Source: an uncultured cyanobacterium
GTDB taxonomy: Bacteria > Cyanobacteriota > Cyanobacteriia > Phormidesmidales > Phormidesmidaceae
Direction of reading: 5' to 3'
Assembly (NCBI GenBank): GCA_963793265.1
Contig: CAWBZI010000002.1
Span: 64,001-128,000 of the forward strand
DNA length: 64,000 bases
In this document: in pieces, positions 39,425 to 49,231 of the stretch
Numbering within the stretch: the stretch's first letter is position 1
How the letters are laid out: each line of letters opens with the position of its first letter
Translations under genes and position numbers: made by a program
Notes under the pieces: generated by a model
Told to the model about the DNA's origin: nothing
What the model saw: only the letters and a program-made list of their open reading frames with translations
The model's database searches: none

Positions 39425-39895
39425 CTAAGCAGGCGAATCGATCAATCCAGGATGATCGTCTGGTCTATCTCCAGGCGCAGACCAGTAGAAGCGGCGGTCT
39501 TCTGGTTTAATCGGCATGTCGTTGATACTGGCCTCACGCCTTCGCATTAAGCCTTCGTCATCAAACTCCCAATTTTCGTTGCCATAAGCGCGATACCACT
39601 GCCCAGAATCATCATGCCACTCATACTGAAACCGCACGGCAATCCTATTATCTCCAAATGTCCACATCTCTTTTGTTAGGCGATAGTCTAATTCTTTATC
39701 CCACTTGCGCTGTAAGAATTCTCGAATGTTGTCTCTGCCTTGAAACACTTCGGATCTGTTTCGCCAGTGGCTATCTTCAGAGTAGGCCATCGAAACGCGT
39801 CGGGCATCTCTGCTGTTCCAGGCATTTTCAGCCATGCGCACTTTTTGCATGGCCGTCTCATAGGTAAAAGGTGGCACAAGCTTTGCAGGTGGCAT
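39425..39895 (-). CDS. DUF1348 / SnoaL-like (NTF2 fold) protein
   Basis: [41 protein letters not shown] and RREASIND. Confidence 0.88.
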   Translation of the reverse strand: MPPAKLVPPFTYETAMQKVRMAENAWNSRDARRVSMAYSEDSHWRNRSEVFQGRDNIREFLQRKWDKELDYRLTKEMWTFGDNRIAVRFQYEWHDDSGQWYRAYGNENWEFDDEGLMRRREASINDMPIKPEDRRFYWSAPGDRPDDHPGLIDSPA

Positions 39896-39929
39896 ATAGC
39901 GATAACTCCAATAGTAGATAGGTGTTCAC

Positions 39930-39988
39930 ATTTAATCAGATCGACCACGGTCGATATTAGGACATTTTTTCTAAGAAATAGGATTTTT
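39930..39988 (-). promoter_or_regulatory. Direct-repeat promoter (AAAAATCCTA-N16-TCCTA) upstream of DUF1348
   Basis: Same architecture as 42184-42249 upstream of cynA. Confidence 0.55.
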
Positions 39989-40007
39989 GCAAGGAGCCTT
40001 GAGCCTA

Positions 40008-41195
40008 TTAGCTTCGGTACGATAGCGGCAGCATGATCCGAAAGGTGGTGCCTATACCCAGTTCACTCTCTACTTTGATGTCTCCCTGCTGTAGTTCTAC
40101 AAACTGCTTCACAATGCTCAAACCTAGCCCTGTGCCCGGAATGTTACTGACATTCTTACCGCGATGAAAGGGCTCAAACAGGTAGGGGTAATCTTCTGGC
40201 AAGATGCCGATGCCCTGATCTTTTACCTGAAAGACTGCCTGGTGCTTGCGCTGAGAGAGCGATAGCTGCACCTTACTGCTTTCTGGACTGTAGCGAATCG
40301 CATTCGACAAAATGTTGATAAGAATAGAGCGCAGCAGCGTTTGATCGCTTTGAGCCATCAGCGCTTTGAACCTGCCCGTGAACTCTATACGCCTTTCGTG
40401 CGGCTGCATTTCTTGCAATAGCTTACGACAAAAATCGACCAGATCAATGGGCTCTAGGGTCAATACAAGGCGCTTGGCCTCAATCTTCCCGAGTACTAAA
40501 ATGTCGTCGATCATGTGCGTCATTCGATCAACGTTGGCAGCAATGCCCTGAAGATACTGATGTTTTTGGCCTGCAGAAAGCTGTTTGTCGTAGCGTTCTA
40601 ACGAGGATACAGACAGGGCGATGTTGTTGAGCGGATTGCGAAACTCGTGGCAGACCATAGAGACGAAGCGAGACTTTAGGGCGCTCAGCTCTTTGAGGTG
40701 TTCGTTGGCGGTATATAGTTCAGCCGCGCGCGATCGCACTTTCTCTTCTAAGTCCTCATTGGTCTGATGCAGCACGCTCTCGGCCCACTTTTGCTGCGTG
40801 ATATCTCGAAACGTCACCACCGCTCCAATCACGCTGCCTCGTTCATCTCGCATTGGCGTACTGATATATTCCACCGGAAAGCTCGTGCCATTTTTTCGCC
40901 AAAACACTTCATCGGTGACCCGATGCGTGCTGCCATCTTGGAGAGCCGCGTAAATAGGACAGCGATCGCGCTGGTAGTGCGTGCCATCACGATGAGAATG
41001 GTGCAGCACCTTATGCATTGACTGGCCAACTAGCTCACCGACTTCCCAGTCGATCATTTTTGCAGCAGCTGGATTGGCAAAAGTCACCTGTCCCTGCAAG
41101 TCCAGGCCATACACACCTTCGCCTACAGCTTGGAGAATAAGCTGATGCTGGCGTTGAAGCGCCTCTAGCTCTTTTTGATTAGACTGGTTACTCAA
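40008..41195 (-). CDS. Cytoplasmic PAS-domain histidine kinase
   Basis: PAS (EGVYGLDLQG..FANPAA...FWRKNGTSFPVEY), H-box CHEFRNPL, NAIRYS, DQGIGI and GTGLGL; no TM helix. Confidence 0.92.
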   Translation of the reverse strand: MSNQSNQKELEALQRQHQLILQAVGEGVYGLDLQGQVTFANPAAAKMIDWEVGELVGQSMHKVLHHSHRDGTHYQRDRCPIYAALQDGSTHRVTDEVFWRKNGTSFPVEYISTPMRDERGSVIGAVVTFRDITQQKWAESVLHQTNEDLEEKVRSRAAELYTANEHLKELSALKSRFVSMVCHEFRNPLNNIALSVSSLERYDKQLSAGQKHQYLQGIAANVDRMTHMIDDILVLGKIEAKRLVLTLEPIDLVDFCRKLLQEMQPHERRIEFTGRFKALMAQSDQTLLRSILINILSNAIRYSPESSKVQLSLSQRKHQAVFQVKDQGIGILPEDYPYLFEPFHRGKNVSNIPGTGLGLSIVKQFVELQQGDIKVESELGIGTTFRIMLPLSYRS

Positions 41196-41352
41196 GTGGC
41201 TCTGCTCCTTGAATAGGATCGATACTGTAATGAATTACACCACAAGCTACGGAGTAAACCCGATAGGTATAGAAAGGTGAGCCGTTTGAGCATCGCGGCG
41301 CATAGCTCGAGATATGAGCGTACCTGAAAACAGTAAAGAGGTGGTGTAAGCG

Positions 41353-42159
41353 ATGGTGACTAAAATTCTTGTCATTGAAGATGAGGCTGAAACAAGAGGT
41401 ATTTTTCTTCGCTGCCTGGCCTTTGAGAACTTTAGCGCAATTGGGGCAAGCGATGGTGAAACGGGAGTTAGGCTAGCCGCTCAGCATCAGCCTGATTTGA
41501 TCGTTTGCGATATTATGATGCCGCAGATGGATGGCTACGGCGTGCTGACGGCGCTTAGAGCACAAGAAACCATGCGGGCTATTCCGTTTATCTTTTTGAC
41601 AGCAAAGGTGACGATGGAAGACTTGCGGCGAGGGATGGGATTAGGCGCAGATGACTATTTGACTAAGCCCTGTACCGTCGAGCAGTTTTTGAAGGCGATC
41701 GCAACTCGCCTCAAGCGCCATAAAGAAATTCAAAGCAGCCATCCGCTCAGCATAGACGCTGCTTCAAACAGCATCTTTCCTCACTGCCCTAAGCTTGAAT
41801 CTGCCTTTCAATTTATCGACAACCACTACCGCCAAGCCATATATCTCAACGACATAGCGCAGGCCGTAGGCTATTCGCCCGCCTACTTGACCAATCTCTC
41901 ACAAAGCCACACCGGACGCACGGTGAAACAGTGGATTACCGAACGACGCATGGCCCAGGCCCATCATTTGCTAAAAAATACGGCTTATTCTGTTCGGAAG
42001 ATTGCTGAAGAGATCGGCTACACCGACGCTGGCTATTTTACTCGTCAGTTTCGTAAGCTGTACGGCACGACCCCTAGAGCGTGGCGAAATCAGCTCACGC
42101 CCCAATCGGTAACAATTACAACAAAACAAACAAGCTCTGTAGCAACCGTAACTAAATAA
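41353..42159 (+). CDS. Response regulator with C-terminal AraC DNA-binding domain
   Basis: REC domain (IEDE, DLIVCDIMMP, TAK, YLTKP) plus AraC domain (IAEEIGYTDAGYFTRQFRK.YG.TP). Confidence 0.93.
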   Translation: MVTKILVIEDEAETRGIFLRCLAFENFSAIGASDGETGVRLAAQHQPDLIVCDIMMPQMDGYGVLTALRAQETMRAIPFIFLTAKVTMEDLRRGMGLGADDYLTKPCTVEQFLKAIATRLKRHKEIQSSHPLSIDAASNSIFPHCPKLESAFQFIDNHYRQAIYLNDIAQAVGYSPAYLTNLSQSHTGRTVKQWITERRMAQAHHLLKNTAYSVRKIAEEIGYTDAGYFTRQFRKLYGTTPRAWRNQLTPQSVTITTKQTSSVATVTK

Positions 42160-42183
42160 CTACAGCGTTCTTAAGAGATCGTC

Positions 42184-42249
42184 AAAAAGTCCTAGTTTAT
42201 TGTAGATATTGTCCTATCTGGCTATCTCTGCGTACCTGTATAAGTGTGA
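42184..42249 (+). promoter_or_regulatory. Direct-repeat promoter (AAAAAGTCCTA-N17-TCCTA) upstream of cynA
   Basis: TCCTA at 42190 and 42212, followed by CTGTATAAGTGTGA. Confidence 0.55.
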
Positions 42250-42299
42250 TAGCAACAGCGGTAAAGGTGTTTTTTGTACGCCTGTAGGAGAATTATTTT

Positions 42300-43934
42300 A
42301 TGGCTTCAGCATACCGTCAGCCCGCAAGTCTCGATCGCGGCGGCAGCCTTTTAACCAGCCCTCAAGCAACCTGCACTCAGGCTAACTGCGGCTGTGGGGG
42401 AACCCACTTCGCCCGCGACCATTGGGAATTTATGCAAACGATGCCTACCGATCCGCTGGATATGGTGGGCGATCTGTCCAGGATGGGCCTTTATAAAGAT
42501 CAACAGTTTCAGGCCGCCGATAAAGTGAATGCGTATGAGCTGCGTAAGGCGCTATTGCTCAAGGTCGCTGGCAAAGGCGACCCCAAAAGAGAGAAGCTTG
42601 TGCTGGCACTATCTAAGCAGGCAGGCGGTATTGAAAACGCATTTGCTGCGGCCTTTGGCCCTGAATCGGGGTTGTTTTTTGCAGATACAATTCGCGGCAG
42701 CGGCGCAACCCGCCGGGAGTTTTTGAGAAACTTGGCAATTGGCGCGGCGATGGTTGCACTCACCAACTGCGCGAAAAGCGAAGAGCCAGTTGCCGGTGAT
42801 AGCGCAGCGTCAGTGGATGTTTCCAGCTTAGAAAAAACAGATCTGAAAATTGGATTTATTCCAATCACCTGTGCGACACCCATTATTATGTCTGAGCCTT
42901 TGGGCTTTTATAAAAAGTATGGGTTTAACGCAGAAGTGGTGAAAATGCCAAGCTGGGGCGCGGTCAGAGATAGTGCGATCGCAGGAGAACTCGACGCCTA
43001 TCATATGCTCGCCCCTATGCCTATCGCCATGACACTTGGCTTGGGTTCAGGTGCCTTTGGCGTTAAGCTCGCCAGCGTTGAAAATATCAACGGCCAGGCG
43101 ATCACCATCGCCAACAAGCACCAGGGCAATGTCAATGGCCCCGGCGACTTTAAAGGTTTCACCATCGGCGTACCCTTCCCGTATTCGATGCACAACCTGC
43201 TGCTGCGCTACTACCTAGCTACCGGTGGAATTGACCCAGACGTAGACGTAAAAATTCGGCCTGTTCCGCCCCCAGACAGTATCGCTCAGCTCATCGCAGG
43301 AGACATCGACGCCTACCTCATGCCCGATCCGTTCAACCAAAGAGCAGTGTACGAAGACGCGGGCTTTATCTTCAAGCTTACTAAAGACATCTGGCCGGGT
43401 CATCCCTGCTGCGCCTTTGCCGCTAGCGACCAGTGGATAGACGCCAATCCCAACACGTTTAGAGCCCTCAACAAATCTATTATTGAAGCCGCAGGCTATG
43501 CCAGCGACCCTGCCAATCGCCCCGAAATTGCCAAAGCGATTTCCGAGCGAGCCTTCCTTAATCAGCCAGTAGAAGTCGTGGAGGCTGTTTTGACAGGCAA
43601 GTTTGATGACGGCTTGGGCAACACGTTAGATGTTCCCGACCGGATCGATTTTGACCCCTATCCCTGGCAGAGCTTTGCCAACTGGATTTCTTCTCAGCTC
43701 GTGAGATGGGATTTGCAGGGTGATGGTAAAGCCGCCCAAGAAATCACAGATGATAGCTACAACGAAGTCGGAGAAACCGTTTTTCTTACCGACCTGGCCA
43801 GAGAGCTTTCTGAAGAAGTCGGCTTAAACCCGCCTACAGACATTTATCGCACCGAAAAGCTTGAGTTTGATACATTCGATCCAGCAGCACCCGGCGCTTA
43901 CGTCAAAGAACAGATTGATAAGTACGGCGTTTAG
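42300..43934 (+). CDS. cynA: Cyanate ABC transporter substrate-binding protein (CmpA/NrtA family) with N-terminal extension
   Basis: KIGFIPITCATPIIM, ENINGQAI, PFPYSMHNLLLRYYLA and GHPCC; Tat motif TRREFL at residue 137; lipobox C157; operon with cyanase. Confidence 0.9.
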   Translation: MASAYRQPASLDRGGSLLTSPQATCTQANCGCGGTHFARDHWEFMQTMPTDPLDMVGDLSRMGLYKDQQFQAADKVNAYELRKALLLKVAGKGDPKREKLVLALSKQAGGIENAFAAAFGPESGLFFADTIRGSGATRREFLRNLAIGAAMVALTNCAKSEEPVAGDSAASVDVSSLEKTDLKIGFIPITCATPIIMSEPLGFYKKYGFNAEVVKMPSWGAVRDSAIAGELDAYHMLAPMPIAMTLGLGSGAFGVKLASVENINGQAITIANKHQGNVNGPGDFKGFTIGVPFPYSMHNLLLRYYLATGGIDPDVDVKIRPVPPPDSIAQLIAGDIDAYLMPDPFNQRAVYEDAGFIFKLTKDIWPGHPCCAFAASDQWIDANPNTFRALNKSIIEAAGYASDPANRPEIAKAISERAFLNQPVEVVEAVLTGKFDDGLGNTLDVPDRIDFDPYPWQSFANWISSQLVRWDLQGDGKAAQEITDDSYNEVGETVFLTDLARELSEEVGLNPPTDIYRTEKLEFDTFDPAAPGAYVKEQIDKYGV

Positions 43935-43948
43935 GAGACTATCCATTC

Positions 43949-44788
43949 ATGACGACCAGCAATTCAACAATTGATAAGCTAAAAACCACAGACAGCGAGT
44001 CTCCGTGGCTAAATGAAAACGTCAAAGCGATAGGTCTTTTCCTCCTGTCCCTAGCGCTGTTCTTAGCCTTTTGGGAGATGGGGGCAAGCATGAAGTGGTT
44101 TGCCAAAGGAATGCCTACAGCCTCTAAGACCCTTCAGGAATTATGGTGGTGGTCAACCCATCCCTTCTTCGACAACGGGCCAAACGACCTCGGCATTGGC
44201 TGGAACTTGCTTATTAGCCTGCGTCGCGTCGCGATTGGCTACACCCTAGCCTCTATTATTGCCGTGCCATTAGGCATCCTGATCGGTATTTCTCCAATTG
44301 CGTACAAGGCGTTTAATCCCTACGTACAGTTGCTCAAACCAGTTTCTCCGCTAGCCTGGCTACCGCTAGGTCTGTACATTTTTAGAGACTCTGAGATTAC
44401 AGGAATATTCATTATTCTTATCTCTAGCATCTGGCCAACGCTGACAAATACAGCCTTTGGCGTCGCGAATGTCAGCCCCGAGTATCTGGATGTTTCAAAG
44501 ACGCTGGGCGCATCTAAGCTGCGCACCATTTTCAAAATCATCATCCCAGCAGCGCTGCCTAACATTGTTTCGGGCCTGCGCATTAGCATGGGTATTTCAT
44601 GGCTGGTTATTGTCGCGGCTGAAATGCTCTTAGGCACGGGATTAGGCTACTTTATTTGGAACGAATGGAACAATCTCTATATTCCGAATATATTAGTCGC
44701 TATCTTTATTATTGGGCTAGTTGGGCTAATTTTAGACAGCATTTTTGCAGCGCTTGAGAAGTTTGTTGAGTTTGGGCGTAAAACATGA
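43949..44788 (+). CDS. cynB: Cyanate ABC permease (NrtB family)
   Basis: [23 protein letters not shown] and [10 protein letters not shown]. Confidence 0.9.
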   Translation: MTTSNSTIDKLKTTDSESPWLNENVKAIGLFLLSLALFLAFWEMGASMKWFAKGMPTASKTLQELWWWSTHPFFDNGPNDLGIGWNLLISLRRVAIGYTLASIIAVPLGILIGISPIAYKAFNPYVQLLKPVSPLAWLPLGLYIFRDSEITGIFIILISSIWPTLTNTAFGVANVSPEYLDVSKTLGASKLRTIFKIIIPAALPNIVSGLRISMGISWLVIVAAEMLLGTGLGYFIWNEWNNLYIPNILVAIFIIGLVGLILDSIFAALEKFVEFGRKT

Positions 44789-45711
44789 AAATCACCTCTG
44801 TTGATTCTACCTATCAACCCACTCGTCGTACTGTGTCACCAGAACCTATCGCCTCACCAACGCCTTCACCAGAGATTCCTTCGGCTCAGCTTTCTATTCG
44901 GAATGTCACCAAGGTATTTAAAGGCAAAAAAGATCTCTTTAGCAAGCTATCGCGTAAAACAACTCGCAATTTTACAGCCATTGAAAACATCAGCCTAGAC
45001 ATTGAGCCCAATACCTTTGTCTCTATCATTGGCCCGTCCGGCTGCGGTAAATCTACCCTGCTCAATATGATTGCGGGCCTTTCTGATATTACGAGCGGAG
45101 AGATTCTGCTCAATAACAATCCGATTCAGGGGCCAGGGCCAGATCGGGGTATGGTGTTTCAAAACTATGCGCTGATGCCCTGGATGAGCGTAGAAGAGAA
45201 CATTCGCTTTGCCGTTGAGACGGTTTATCCTAAGCTGCCGCCAAAGCAGATGGCCCGACGCATTAAAGAGAACATTCATCTTGTCGGGCTTGAGGGTGCC
45301 GAAAAAAAGCATCCTCATGAGCTTTCAGGGGGTATGCGCCAGAGGGTAGGCATTGCTCGAGCGCTGGCGATTGATCCTCAAATTTTGCTGATGGATGAGC
45401 CTTTTGGCGCGTTAGACGCGCTAACGCGGGGCTTTTTGCAAAGCGAAGTTGAGCGCATCTGGGAGCAGCAGCGAAAGACGGTGATTATGATTACGCACAG
45501 CATTGAAGAGGCGCTGCTGCTGTCTGATCGAATTGTGATGATGACGCGGGGGCCAGCCGCTCAAGTCAATGAGATTTTAGAGGTGCCGTTTCCCAGACCC
45601 CGCAATCGCGAAACAATCGATCAGCATCCGGCTTACCACCGGCTCAAAACTGAAATGGAGCGTCATTTATTTCGTGAGACACAGGCAGTAGAAGCCTCTC
45701 GCATTCGCTAG
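44785..45711 (+). CDS. cynD: Cyanate ABC ATPase
   Basis: [17 protein letters not shown] and [12 protein letters not shown]. Confidence 0.9.
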   Translation: MKITSVDSTYQPTRRTVSPEPIASPTPSPEIPSAQLSIRNVTKVFKGKKDLFSKLSRKTTRNFTAIENISLDIEPNTFVSIIGPSGCGKSTLLNMIAGLSDITSGEILLNNNPIQGPGPDRGMVFQNYALMPWMSVEENIRFAVETVYPKLPPKQMARRIKENIHLVGLEGAEKKHPHELSGGMRQRVGIARALAIDPQILLMDEPFGALDALTRGFLQSEVERIWEQQRKTVIMITHSIEEALLLSDRIVMMTRGPAAQVNEILEVPFPRPRNRETIDQHPAYHRLKTEMERHLFRETQAVEASRIR

Positions 45712-45759
45712 CTTTTTCAGATCGCTTTCAACATTTACTTACTTTAAGAGGTATTGATA

Positions 45760-46203
45760 ATGACCGTGCCAGAAATCACCGCAAAACTCTTGGCTGCGAA
45801 AAAAGAGAAAGGTATCAGCTTTGCAGATTTAGAAGAGAAGCTAGGCTTTGATGAAGTGTGGATTGCCTCTGTTTTTTACCGCCAGGCGAGTGCTTCTCAA
45901 GAAGAAGCTAATAAGATGGTTGAGATTCTGGGTCTGGGGCCAGAAGTTGCCGATGCGCTCACCGATTGTCCAATGAAAGGCAGCTTAGATCCGGTGATTC
46001 CAACCGATCCGCTAATCTATCGCTTTTACGAAATTATGCAGGTGTATGGCGCGCCGATTAAGGCGGTGGTGCACGAGAAGTTTGGCGATGGCATTATGAG
46101 CGCAATTGACTTTTCGGTGGACGTAGAAAGAGAAGAAGATCCAAAAGGCGATCGCGTTAAGATCATCATGTGTGGCAAATTTTTGCCCTATAAGAAGTGG
46201 TAG
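45760..46203 (+). CDS. cynS: Cyanase (cyanate hydratase)
   Basis: [24 protein letters not shown] and GKFLPY; ATG at 45760 follows GAGG. Confidence 0.97.
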   Translation: MTVPEITAKLLAAKKEKGISFADLEEKLGFDEVWIASVFYRQASASQEEANKMVEILGLGPEVADALTDCPMKGSLDPVIPTDPLIYRFYEIMQVYGAPIKAVVHEKFGDGIMSAIDFSVDVEREEDPKGDRVKIIMCGKFLPYKKW

Positions 46204-46239
46204 CACCTTAGCCGTTCAGCTATGCTTCTTTGGCTCTCC

Positions 46240-46270
46240 AGCTCAGGCAAATCGTCTGAGCTTTATTTAT
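46240..46270 (+). terminator. Rho-independent terminator after cynS
   Basis: AGCTCAGGC-aaatc-GTCTGAGCT followed by TTATTTAT. Confidence 0.6.
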
Positions 46271-46472
46271 GAAATGGGTGAAATAAGCAAGCTTCAAGTA
46301 TAAAGCTTTAGCGACGGTACTCAACGCGTGAAAATATAGTGATCTTTGGAGATAATTTGCTTTAGGGCCTGCGTGAAGTAGAAGCAAAACAAAAGATCTA
46401 ATCCTATCGCGTTTTAGTGTTCTACTATGCAGAGGCTACGGATTGTAAAAGCCACTTAGTTGAGGTGTTCTT

Positions 46473-47951
46473 ATGAGCGCGATCGCCCAATCACCCGCCC
46501 TGACCGTTCCAGGCCCGGCCCCTACCCCGATTTTGGGGGCCGTGCCTAACACGCTTCAGTTTGCGAAAGATCCGATTGCCTACACGCGCCAGCTTTTCAA
46601 CGACTATGGCAATCTAGTTGCCTTAGCACAGGGCGGTGGCACCCGGCTTTACTCACCGTATCCTGAGTGTCCTGGTACGGTTTTTGCCTGTGGCCCAGAG
46701 ATTATCCGTCAGGTGGCGACTCAGCCAGAGGTGTATTACAAGTGTCCGTTGACGGGGCCGATCTATCGCTTTCGTGACGAGTCGGCGCGGGCAAAGCCGC
46801 TGAATCATTTTTTGGTGGGTATTTTTGGCGACAATGAGGCGGCGCATAAAAAACAGCGCAAGCTGATGATGCCAGCTTTTCACCATCAGCGGCTGGGTAG
46901 CTATGCCCAGGACATGATTGCGATTACTGAAGATGAGCTGAACCAGCTAGCGGTAGGGCAGGTGCATAACCTGTCGGCTGTGATGCAACAGGTGACGCTG
47001 CGAATTGCGGCAAAGTCTCTTTTTGGTGAAGATATTGGCCCGGCGGGGGCGAGTACGGGAGAGATTTTGCATGAGGCTTTGGCCTTGCAGGGAAGCCTGG
47101 CGATGAAGCTGATGCGATATGATTTGCCGGGGCTACCGTGGCGGCGTTATTTGAACTTAGTGGCGCAGTATGAGCAGGCGATGAAGGGGCTACTGGCGGC
47201 GAAAAGAGAACGCGGCTGTGATGAGGCTGACGTGCTTTCTATGCTGATGCAGGTGCAAGATGAGGAGACTCAGGAAAAGCTGAGTGAGGAGGAGCTGTTG
47301 GGGCATGTCGGCGTGATCTTTATTGCGGGTCATGAGACGAGTGCGAATGCGCTGACCTGGACGTTGTTTTTGCTGTCGCAGCATCCGCAGGTGATGGCTG
47401 ATTTGCTAGATGAGTTAGACGGCGTTTTGCAGGGAGATGCGCCGACTTTAGAACAGCTCAAAAGTCTGCCGCTGTTGGAGCGGGTGGTGAAGGAGAGTAT
47501 GCGGGTGCTTGCGCCTGTGCCCTGGAATGGGCGGGTGACGGCTAAGGAAACGGAGCTGGGCGGCTACAGTTTGCCGAAGGGGACGGAGGTATTTGTGAGT
47601 ATTTCTCAAACGCATCATATGAGCGATTTGTTCCCTAATCCTGAAGCGTTTGATCCGAGCCGGTGGGAGACGATTACACCAACTGCTTACGAATATAATC
47701 CGTTTAGTGCGGGGCCTCGAATTTGCATTGGTGCGGGTTTTGCGATGATGGAGATTAAGATAATTTTAGCGATGTTGTTGCAGCGATACCGGCTAGAGTT
47801 TGTGCCTGAAAATCCGATTGACCGGGCGGGGACGATCGTGATGAGGCCCAAGCATGGGATGACGATGAGAGTGCATAAGCAGGATCGTCAGTTTGATGCG
47901 GGGGTGGGCTCGGTTACGGGTAATATTCGCGATATGGTTAATTTGCCTTGA
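46473..47951 (+). CDS. Cytochrome P450
   Basis: IAGHETSA, ESMR, FDPSRW and FSAGPRICIG. Confidence 0.95.
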   Translation: MSAIAQSPALTVPGPAPTPILGAVPNTLQFAKDPIAYTRQLFNDYGNLVALAQGGGTRLYSPYPECPGTVFACGPEIIRQVATQPEVYYKCPLTGPIYRFRDESARAKPLNHFLVGIFGDNEAAHKKQRKLMMPAFHHQRLGSYAQDMIAITEDELNQLAVGQVHNLSAVMQQVTLRIAAKSLFGEDIGPAGASTGEILHEALALQGSLAMKLMRYDLPGLPWRRYLNLVAQYEQAMKGLLAAKRERGCDEADVLSMLMQVQDEETQEKLSEEELLGHVGVIFIAGHETSANALTWTLFLLSQHPQVMADLLDELDGVLQGDAPTLEQLKSLPLLERVVKESMRVLAPVPWNGRVTAKETELGGYSLPKGTEVFVSISQTHHMSDLFPNPEAFDPSRWETITPTAYEYNPFSAGPRICIGAGFAMMEIKIILAMLLQRYRLEFVPENPIDRAGTIVMRPKHGMTMRVHKQDRQFDAGVGSVTGNIRDMVNLP

Positions 47952-48032
47952 GCTGTATAGAATTTAGCAAGTAAGTTTTCTGCTTTTACGCGATTGCTTC
48001 TATTAGCTGTAAATACAAATAGATTCAAAACT

Positions 48033-48434
48033 ATGAGCGAAACAGTCACCCTTCAACTTCCTGAACGATTGCACCAGCGACTGGTTAAAACGGCTGAGGC
48101 AACGCAGCGAACTCTAGAGTCTGTCATTATTCATGCGCTCACGGTGGGTAGTCCACCAGATTGGGATGACGCCCCCGAAGAATTCCAGGCTACCTTAGCA
48201 GCGTTGGATCGATTAGAAGATAGTGCATTGTGGGAGATTGCTCGGAGCCGAAAACCTGTCGCTGATATGGAGCGCTACGACAAATTGCTAGAGCTTAATC
48301 AGGCGAACACTATAACTGACTCTGAACGCTTAAAGCTGTTTGACTTAAGAGAAGAGTCTGAACATTTTATGTTGAAAAAAGCCCATGCAGCAGCGATTTT
48401 AAAATGGCGGAGGCATCAAATAGCTGCGGCCTAA
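48033..48434 (+). CDS. Hypothetical protein with N-terminal ribbon-helix-helix-like region
   Basis: MSETVTLQLPERLHQRL.. followed by a helical acidic C-terminal part; ATG at 48033 preferred. Confidence 0.65.
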   Translation: MSETVTLQLPERLHQRLVKTAEATQRTLESVIIHALTVGSPPDWDDAPEEFQATLAALDRLEDSALWEIARSRKPVADMERYDKLLELNQANTITDSERLKLFDLREESEHFMLKKAHAAAILKWRRHQIAAA

Positions 48435-48483
48435 TCAGGCGTAGACTGTGGAGAAAGATATGTGAGGATATCTTGTCAAAAAA

Positions 48484-48513
48484 TTGACACGATTAAAAGA
48501 ATACTGATACGCT
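48484..48513 (+). promoter_or_regulatory. Sigma70-type promoter for the 48735 gene
   Basis: TTGACA-N18-(TGa)TACGCT; implies a leader of about 215 nt. Confidence 0.55.
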
Positions 48514-48562
48514 AATACACAGTGCTGTTGTTCTCACGTAGAACTTGCAGCCAAACGCCCCG

Positions 48563-48642
48563 AAAAATTTAGCCACTGACGATGACTGCTCCAACAGTCA
48601 CCGCCAGCTAGCCCCTAAACTGCGTTAACCAGTTCAGAGGTT
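48563..48642 (-). ncRNA. Predicted ~80-nt cis-antisense RNA (two hairpins plus U-tract)
   Basis: All four stem mismatches of the two hairpins are A-C on the plus strand, which is G-U on the minus strand. A minus-strand promoter TTGCCA-N19-(TGt)CATCAT lies at 48679-48649, and a U-run follows the second hairpin. Confidence 0.5.
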
Positions 48643-48734
48643 GTGTCCATGATGACACAGCCACCCTGACCTTTGGCAAGTTAGGGCGGGCTTCCTTTTT
48701 CGCGGGTTTTCTTCCACCCTCATCGGAGAAACCC

Positions 48735-49037
48735 ATGAAAACGACCAGCTTCACCACTGATCGGCCTTTGCCCGGTCAGCCTCTCTCGCCTACGCTCTTA
48801 CTGCCAACTACACCCAATCCGCTGCCTCAGCTCACCCCAGTCGGTGCCAGGCCCAAAGAACATATCCGTCATATTCTTTTAGGCTCGCCCGCCGCCGTCC
48901 GCCAAACGATTCACCTCTTCCATACGCTTCACTATGCTGAAACAGTTCTGTGGAGCCCCATACTCATGATTGAGGAGCCGCTGATAATTACGCCAGCGCA
49001 AGGGGAGGCGATGAGTTTGTTGCGTAAGTCGCTTTAG
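48735..49037 (+). CDS. Conserved-looking small cyanobacterial hypothetical protein
   Basis: Core IRHILLGSPAAVRQTIHLFHTLHYAE..WSP..GEAMSLL; SD GGAG sequestered in a hairpin. Confidence 0.7.
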   Translation: MKTTSFTTDRPLPGQPLSPTLLLPTTPNPLPQLTPVGARPKEHIRHILLGSPAAVRQTIHLFHTLHYAETVLWSPILMIEEPLIITPAQGEAMSLLRKSL

Positions 49038-49078
49038 TGCTTGCCTGCAATCCAGTAGCGCTGCTCAAACCATCCTAA

Positions 49079-49231
49079 GGGACATGCGTCTAAATAAAGT
49101 ACCGCTGATAGCGCTGTTCATTGCCTCGGGCATAGCAGTGCTAAGCCCCTACAGAAATTGACGGTGACGTAGGGGCATAGCGTGCTATGCCCAGGGCAAT
49201 ATTTGTCGGTTTGCCGGTACTTTATTTGAGC
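49079..49231 (+). mobile_element. 162-bp MITE, copy 3 (right end truncated by about 9 bp)
   Basis: TAA-GGGACATGCG...TACTTTATTTGAGC, then unrelated sequence. Confidence 0.88.

Noticed and set aside
41226..41239. TGTAAT-GA-ATTACA as an NtcA site
   Set aside because: The spacing is GTA-N6-TAC, not N8; it may be another operator, but there is no supporting evidence.
42300..45711. Nitrate (nrt) or bicarbonate (cmp) transporter
   Set aside because: No NrtC/CmpC fused ATPase; directly followed by cyanase; the PITCATP motif fits CynA.
31653..49231. Palindromic repeats as a CRISPR array
   Set aside because: The copies are dispersed over kilobases, have TIRs and TSDs, and have no spacers or cas genes.
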